64,000 nucleotides of DNA from Acutalibacteraceae bacterium (GTDB lineage: Bacteria; Bacillota; Clostridia; Oscillospirales; Acutalibacteraceae): the NCBI GenBank assembly GCA_045634985.1, contig JAZRBF010000013.1, positions 23,450-87,449 on the forward strand, given 5' to 3'. Made by a program: the position numbers and the translations under genes. Under the pieces are notes generated by a model. The model worked only from the letters and a program-made list of their open reading frames with translations, was not told the origin of the DNA and did no database searches. How positions within the stretch are numbered: position 1 is the first letter of the stretch; every line of letters begins with the position of its first letter. Shown in pieces: positions 58,924 through 64,000 of this stretch.

Positions 58924-61900
58924 ATGCCAATCAGCAAAGATATCAAAAAAGTAATGGTTATCGGCTCCGGCCCCATTGTTATCGGTCAGGCTGCCGAATT
59001 TGACTATGCAGGCACTCAGGCTTGCCGCGTACTTAAAGAAGCCGGTCTTGATGTTGTCCTTGTTAACTCAAACCCTGCAACAATTATGACCGATAAGGCT
59101 CTTGCAGATGAAATTTATCTTGAGCCTCTCACCGCTGAAACCGTTAAAAGAATTATTGAAAAAGAGCGTCCTGACAGCCTGCTCGCAGGTCTTGGCGGCC
59201 AGACAGGTCTGACCATCGCAATGCAGCTGAGCAAAGACGGTTATCTTGACAGAATGGGTGTTAAGCTCCTCGGCACAAATGCCGAAGCTATTGACAAGGC
59301 TGAAGACAGAAAAATGTTCCGCGACACAATGACATCCATCAATCAGCCTGTTATCCCCTCCGAAATTGCAAACGATGTTGAAACAGCAGTTGAAATTGCT
59401 GCTAAAATCGGCTACCCCATCATCATCCGTCCTGCATTCACACTCGGCGGTGGCGGCGGCGGTGTTGCCGAAAACGAAGAAGAACTCCGCGTTATCGCAA
59501 AAACAGGTCTTGACCTCTCTCCCATCACTCAGGTTCTTGTTGAAAAATACATCTTCGGCTGGAAAGAAATCGAGTTTGAAACAATGCGCGACTCCGCAGG
59601 TAACTGCATTGCAGTCTGCAGCATGGAAAACTTCGACCCCGTAGGTATTCATACAGGCGACAGTATCGTTGCCGCACCTGCACTCAGCCTTACAACAGAG
59701 GAATTCGAGATGCTCCGCAAGGCATCACTCGATATCGTTGATGCACTCGGAATCATCGGCGGTTGTAACTGCCAGTTTGCTCTTGACCCCAACAGCATGG
59801 ATTATGCTGTTATTGAGGTTAACCCCAGAGTTTCCCGTTCATCCGCACTTGCAAGTAAAGCAACAGGTTACCCCATCGCAAAGGTTACAGCAATGCTTGC
59901 TCTCGGTATGACCCTTGATGAAATCAAGAATGATAAGACCGGTCTTAACTGCGCAAACTTTGAGCCCGATGTAAAATACATCGTTGTAAAGCTTCCCAAA
60001 TGGCCCTTCGATAAATTTGTTAACGCAAGCCGTAAGCTCGGCACTCAGATGAAGGCAACAGGCGAAGTTATGTCCATCGGCCCCACATTCGAGATGGCTA
60101 TTATGAAGGCTGTCAGAGGTGCTGAAATTTCGCTTGATACACTCAATGCAGAGCCCAAGACAGACGCTCCTCTTGAAGAACGAATGAGAGAAACCGACGA
60201 TATGCGTCTTTTCTCCGTATTCGAAGCTATCAAAGGCGGCATGTCACTCGATAAGGTTCACGAAATCACAAAAATTACAAAGTGGTTCCTTGAAAAGCTC
60301 AAGAATCTCGCTGACTTCGAAAAATCAATCGAAGGCGGCAACCTTACAGAAGAAAAGTATTATCAGGGTAAGGATTACGGCTATACAGATGCTGCTCTCA
60401 AACGTCTTTCAGGTGTTAAGGAGCTTCCTGCTCATAAAGATGCTGTTTACAGAATCGTTGACACCTGCACAAAGAACTTCAACACAGCTGCACCCTATTT
60501 CTACTCAACATACGGCGATGAATGCGAGGCAAGACCTCTCATCGACGATAAGAAAGAAAAGATTATCGTTCTCGGTTCAGGCCCCATCAGAATCGGTCAG
60601 GGTATCGAATTCGACTATTCATCAGTTCATTGCGTATGGACTCTTAAAGAACTTGGTTATGAGGTTGCAATCATCAACAACAACCCCGAAACCGTTTCAA
60701 CTGACTACGACACATCTGACAGACTCTACTTTGAACCCCTCACTCCCGAAGATGTTATGAACATCATCAAGGTTGAGAAGCCCATCGGCGTTGTTGTTGC
60801 ATTCGGCGGTCAGACAGCAATCAAGCTTACAAAGTTCCTTGACGAAAACGGAATCCGTATTCTCGGCACATCTGCTGACGGTATTGACACCGCTGAAGAC
60901 AGAGAAAGATTCGATGCACTTCTTGAGCAGTTTGGCATTCTTCGTCCCAAGGGAATGGGCGTTATGACAAAGCAGGAAGCTCTTAATGCTGCTGCTGAAC
61001 TCGGTTATCCCGTTCTTCTCCGTCCTTCATATGTTATCGGCGGTCAGAATATGACCATCGCATACAGCGATGCTGATGTTAACCGCTATATGGATATTAT
61101 TCTCTCAGGCGAAATTGAGAATCCCGTTCTTGTTGACAAATATATGATGGGTACAGAGCTTGAGGTTGACGTTATTTCCGACGGCACAGATGTTCTTATT
61201 CCCGGTATTATGGAACACGTTGAAAGAGCAGGCGTTCACAGCGGTGACTCCATCGCAGTTTACCCGCCCTACAATCTCAACGACAAGATGAGAAAGAACA
61301 TTATCGAATGCTCCGAAAAACTTGCTCTTTCTCTCGGCACAAAGGGTCTTGTCAACATTCAGTATCTTATCTATCAGAATAAACTCTATGTTATCGAAGT
61401 TAACCCCAGAGCATCAAGAACAATTCCTTATATCAGCAAGGTTACAGGCGTTCCTATGGTTGACATTGCCGCAAAGGTAATGATCGGTATGCCCCTCAAA
61501 GACCTCGGCTACGGAACAGGTCTTTATAAGACTCCCCCCTACTTTACCGTTAAAGTTCCTGTATTCTCATTTGAAAAGCTCAGCGATGTTAACTCCATCC
61601 TCGGCCCTGAAATGAAATCAACAGGTGAAGTTCTCGGTATCGGTAAGACAACTGCTGAAGCTCTCTTCAAGGGTCTTACCTCTGCAGGCTTCAAGATTCA
61701 GCTTCCCACCGCTGAAAATGAAATCGGTCTTCTTCTCAGCGTTGATACACACGATATTCTTGATGCAGTTTCACTTGCAAAGAAACTTGATGACCTCAAA
61801 ATCAAGATTTATGCAACTCCCGAAACCGCAGAAGCTATCTCACATCTCGGTATTGATGTTAATGTTGTCAAGGGCTTCAGCGAAGGCAACGATATGTTTG

Positions 61901-62958
61901 AACTCCTTGAAACAGGTAAAATCAATTATATTGTTTACACCGGCGCTAACTACGGCTCGGCAATGAACGATTATATCGCTCTCCACAGAAGAGCAATCCA
62001 GCTTTCAATTGCTTGCATCACTTCTCTTGATACAGCAAATGCACTTGCAGACATCATCGCTAGCCATTTCAATCAGCAGAATACAGAGCTTGTTGACATC
62101 AACAATATGCGTTCAGAAAGACGCACTCTTAAATTCTTCAAGATGGATGCATCAGGCAATGACCACATCCTTATCGAAAACTTTGATAACTCCATCACCT
62201 GCCCCGAAAGCCTCTGCGTAAGCCTTTGCGACCGCAACCACGGTATCGGCAGCGACGGTATTGTCCTTGTTGAAAAATCAGATGTGGCTCAGGTCAAGAT
62301 GAGAGTATTTAACCTTGACGGTAGCGAAGGAAGAATGGGCGGTAACGCAATGCGCTCCGTTGCAAAGTATGTCTTTGACAAGGGTTATGTTGACACCGAA
62401 ACAGTTACAATTGAAACTGCAAGCGGCGTCAAGAGCGTTGACCTGTACCTTATGAATGGCAAGGTAAGCTCTGTTTGCGCTAATATGGGCAAGGCAGAGC
62501 TTGACGGTGCTGTTACAAGCACAAACGGCATCGAAAGATTCGTTGATTATCCTGTTATCCTCGGCGGTGAGGATTACAGAATCACCTGCGTATCAATGGG
62601 TAACCCCCACTGCGTAGTATTCTGCCCCAGAGTTGACAATATCGAAATCGAAAAGATCGGCCCCAGATTTGAGAAGGCTTCAATCTTCGCTCACAGAGTC
62701 AACACAGAATTCGTAAGAGTTGTTAACGAAACAACACTTAAGATGAGAGTCTGGGAAAGAGGTAACGGCGAAACTCTTGCTTGCGGCACAGGCGCCTGCG
62801 CAGCTGTTGTTGCTGCTGTAGAAAACGGTTACTGCAAGAAGAATACAGACATCATTGTTAAAGTTAAGGGCGGCGACCTCATCGTTAACTATACTGATGA
62901 CGGCGTTTACCTTACAGGTACAACCAAGCTTGTATTCGAAGGCACTGTAGAATATTAA
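58924..62958 (+). CDS. carB: Carbamoyl-phosphate synthase large subunit fused to a C-terminal DapF-fold domain
   Basis: aa 1-~1065: 'IGSGPIVIGQAAEFDY', two ATP-grasp halves, MGS domain. aa ~1068-1344: 'KM..SGND', 'GIGSDG', 'NPHCV', 'RVWERG.GETLACGTGA'. Confidence 0.93.
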   Translation: MPISKDIKKVMVIGSGPIVIGQAAEFDYAGTQACRVLKEAGLDVVLVNSNPATIMTDKALADEIYLEPLTAETVKRIIEKERPDSLLAGLGGQTGLTIAMQLSKDGYLDRMGVKLLGTNAEAIDKAEDRKMFRDTMTSINQPVIPSEIANDVETAVEIAAKIGYPIIIRPAFTLGGGGGGVAENEEELRVIAKTGLDLSPITQVLVEKYIFGWKEIEFETMRDSAGNCIAVCSMENFDPVGIHTGDSIVAAPALSLTTEEFEMLRKASLDIVDALGIIGGCNCQFALDPNSMDYAVIEVNPRVSRSSALASKATGYPIAKVTAMLALGMTLDEIKNDKTGLNCANFEPDVKYIVVKLPKWPFDKFVNASRKLGTQMKATGEVMSIGPTFEMAIMKAVRGAEISLDTLNAEPKTDAPLEERMRETDDMRLFSVFEAIKGGMSLDKVHEITKITKWFLEKLKNLADFEKSIEGGNLTEEKYYQGKDYGYTDAALKRLSGVKELPAHKDAVYRIVDTCTKNFNTAAPYFYSTYGDECEARPLIDDKKEKIIVLGSGPIRIGQGIEFDYSSVHCVWTLKELGYEVAIINNNPETVSTDYDTSDRLYFEPLTPEDVMNIIKVEKPIGVVVAFGGQTAIKLTKFLDENGIRILGTSADGIDTAEDRERFDALLEQFGILRPKGMGVMTKQEALNAAAELGYPVLLRPSYVIGGQNMTIAYSDADVNRYMDIILSGEIENPVLVDKYMMGTELEVDVISDGTDVLIPGIMEHVERAGVHSGDSIAVYPPYNLNDKMRKNIIECSEKLALSLGTKGLVNIQYLIYQNKLYVIEVNPRASRTIPYISKVTGVPMVDIAAKVMIGMPLKDLGYGTGLYKTPPYFTVKVPVFSFEKLSDVNSILGPEMKSTGEVLGIGKTTAEALFKGLTSAGFKIQLPTAENEIGLLLSVDTHDILDAVSLAKKLDDLKIKIYATPETAEAISHLGIDVNVVKGFSEGNDMFELLETGKINYIVYTGANYGSAMNDYIALHRRAIQLSIACITSLDTANALADIIASHFNQQNTELVDINNMRSERRTLKFFKMDASGNDHILIENFDNSITCPESLCVSLCDRNHGIGSDGIVLVEKSDVAQVKMRVFNLDGSEGRMGGNAMRSVAKYVFDKGYVDTETVTIETASGVKSVDLYLMNGKVSSVCANMGKAELDGAVTSTNGIERFVDYPVILGGEDYRITCVSMGNPHCVVFCPRVDNIEIEKIGPRFEKASIFAHRVNTEFVRVVNETTLKMRVWERGNGETLACGTGACAAVVAAVENGYCKKNTDIIVKVKGGDLIVNYTDDGVYLTGTTKLVFEGTVEY

Positions 62959-62968
62959 TATAACCAAT

Positions 62969-63016
62969 AAAAAGCCCCTGACGGAATCGGAAGAAACCGT
63001 CAGGGGTTTATGTTTT
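62969..63016. terminator. Bidirectional terminator
   Basis: GCCCCTGACGG...CCGTCAGGGGT with A and T flanks. Confidence 0.8.
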
Positions 63017-63540
63017 TATTTGGTAAGACCTGATTTTTTAAGCGCCATAACGATTGGCGGAATAACAAGAATATGAATTATGATAGCCGGTATTGCATTT
63101 GTAAATGCGCCTGCAATAAACATTGCAAAGGTGAATTCGCTACCCGAAACACCCGACATAATGAGCCTTGCAACACCCCAGATAACTCTGCCTGCAATCA
63201 TCGAGATTATAAGCGCAGGATAGATATACACATTCTTTTTGGGAAAGAGTTTATAAAGCAAACCTGCAAACAATCCGTATGCGGCAAGCTCAAACATCAT
63301 TCCGAGAGCAACGGGATACATCGGAGGCATTCCGACAATCACGCTTCGGAGAATCGGCGCAACTGCGCCAACAATCACCGCATATTCCCAGCCGCATATA
63401 AAACCGCATACCAAAACGGGTATATGCATCGGTGAAATCATATTCCCGATTTGAGTGTTTCCTCCCGTTATTGTGGGAAGGACAAAACACAGGGCAAGAC
63501 ACATTGCTGAAAACGCTACATTTTTCACTATCTTGTTCAT
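63016..63540 (-). CDS. ECF transporter S component (substrate unknown)
   Basis: About 6 TM helices; 'SAMCLAL', 'PMHIPVLVCGFICG', 'MMFELAAYG'. Confidence 0.85.
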   Translation of the reverse strand: MNKIVKNVAFSAMCLALCFVLPTITGGNTQIGNMISPMHIPVLVCGFICGWEYAVIVGAVAPILRSVIVGMPPMYPVALGMMFELAAYGLFAGLLYKLFPKKNVYIYPALIISMIAGRVIWGVARLIMSGVSGSEFTFAMFIAGAFTNAIPAIIIHILVIPPIVMALKKSGLTK

Positions 63541-63559
63541 TTTATCGCACCTGATTATA

Positions 63560-63643
63560 TCAGATTTTTTGCCGTTTGATTCCGAAAATCAGACCGAGAA
63601 TGCCGCTGAGCATCTTCGGGCTGCGCACAACAACCACTTTCAT
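63560..63643 (-). CDS. spoVM: Stage V sporulation protein M (27 aa)
   Basis: MKVVVVRSPKMLSGILGLIFGIKRQKI with the characteristic Pro9 and an amphipathic helix; RBS GGAAAGGGAG; near rsgA as in Bacillus. Confidence 0.85.
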   Translation of the reverse strand: MKVVVVRSPKMLSGILGLIFGIKRQKI

Positions 63644-63660
63644 ATGTCGCTCCCTTTCCG

Positions 63661-63804
63661 TCAGTATCGGCTTAGGCTCAACCCTGCGATAATCAGCACG
63701 CAGGCAATGACAACGATTGCAATTGTATACGGAAACAAAGCTGCAACCAGCATTCCTGCCGCAAAGCAGATGCAGGCAGAGCTTCTCGCATCACAGCATC
63801 TCAA
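63661..63804 (-). CDS. Small 2-TM Cys-rich membrane protein upstream of spoVM
   Basis: TTG start after GGCGGTGA; 47 aa (M)RCCDARSSACICFAAGMLVAALFPYTIAIVVIACVLIIAGLSLSRY. Confidence 0.55.
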   Translation of the reverse strand: MRCCDARSSACICFAAGMLVAALFPYTIAIVVIACVLIIAGLSLSRY

Positions 63805-63884
63805 AAAATCACCGCCCGACTGTATCGTTAACGGCTGTCGGACAAAACCGAGCACCGAATGAGCCTTTGCTCATTACAGTATAA

Positions 63885-64000
63885 TCATCGGCGAAGATTT
63901 TCGTTACTTTTATTTCGGAGTTTACCAATCTCCCATTCTTTAATTTCCTTTGCCTGCTCCATCATCGCGCAATAGCTTTCATGACGGCTTGCAGAAATCT
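63885..64000 (-). CDS. rsgA: 3' end of ribosome small subunit-dependent GTPase A (partial)
   Basis: Manual translation ISASRHESYCAMMEQAKEIKEWE...; resembles the RsgA C-terminal 'I..SR..SY' helix; rsgA-spoVM synteny. Confidence 0.6.
   Translation of the reverse strand, partial: ISASRHESYCAMMEQAKEIKEWEIGKLRNKSNENLRR

Noticed and set aside
1-64000. Prophage, IS element, toxin-antitoxin or restriction-modification genes
   Set aside because: No integrase, transposase, phage structural, TA or methyltransferase motifs were recognised in any frame.

Overview
A mostly core-genome window from a spore-forming clostridial Firmicute. Gene order (asd-dapA-dapB-ACT, miaB-ylbF-mutS-mutL-miaA-yggS-sepF-divIVA-lspA-rluD, tepA-ftsK, rsgA-spoVM) suggests an Oscillospiraceae/Ruminococcaceae-like gut organism; the taxonomy is inferred. 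The left ~5.4 kb is accessory. It holds a three-gene minus-strand unit: an ECF sigma factor, a membrane anti-sigma-like protein with two Ig-like domains, and a >1166-aa BspA-type leucine-rich-repeat surface protein that the ORF track missed. This unit abuts the 3' end of tRNA-Trp, where a hairpin and tandem GGGGCACATA repeats resemble an integrative-element end. The rest is housekeeping: serine dehydratase, purine salvage and ABC uptake, queuosine, DAP/lysine synthesis, transketolase, cell division, mismatch repair, tRNA modification, fhs under a ZTP riboswitch, a GlpA-type oxidoreductase trio, and argF-carB. The most unusual item is a 1344-aa CarB fused to a C-terminal DapF-fold domain that lacks one of its two catalytic cysteines, behind ARG-box-like operators and with no carA in the window. 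Also found outside the ORF track: two tRNAs, spoVM (27 aa), the 3' end of rsgA, and several promoters and terminators. All calls come from reading motifs by eye; no database searches were run.
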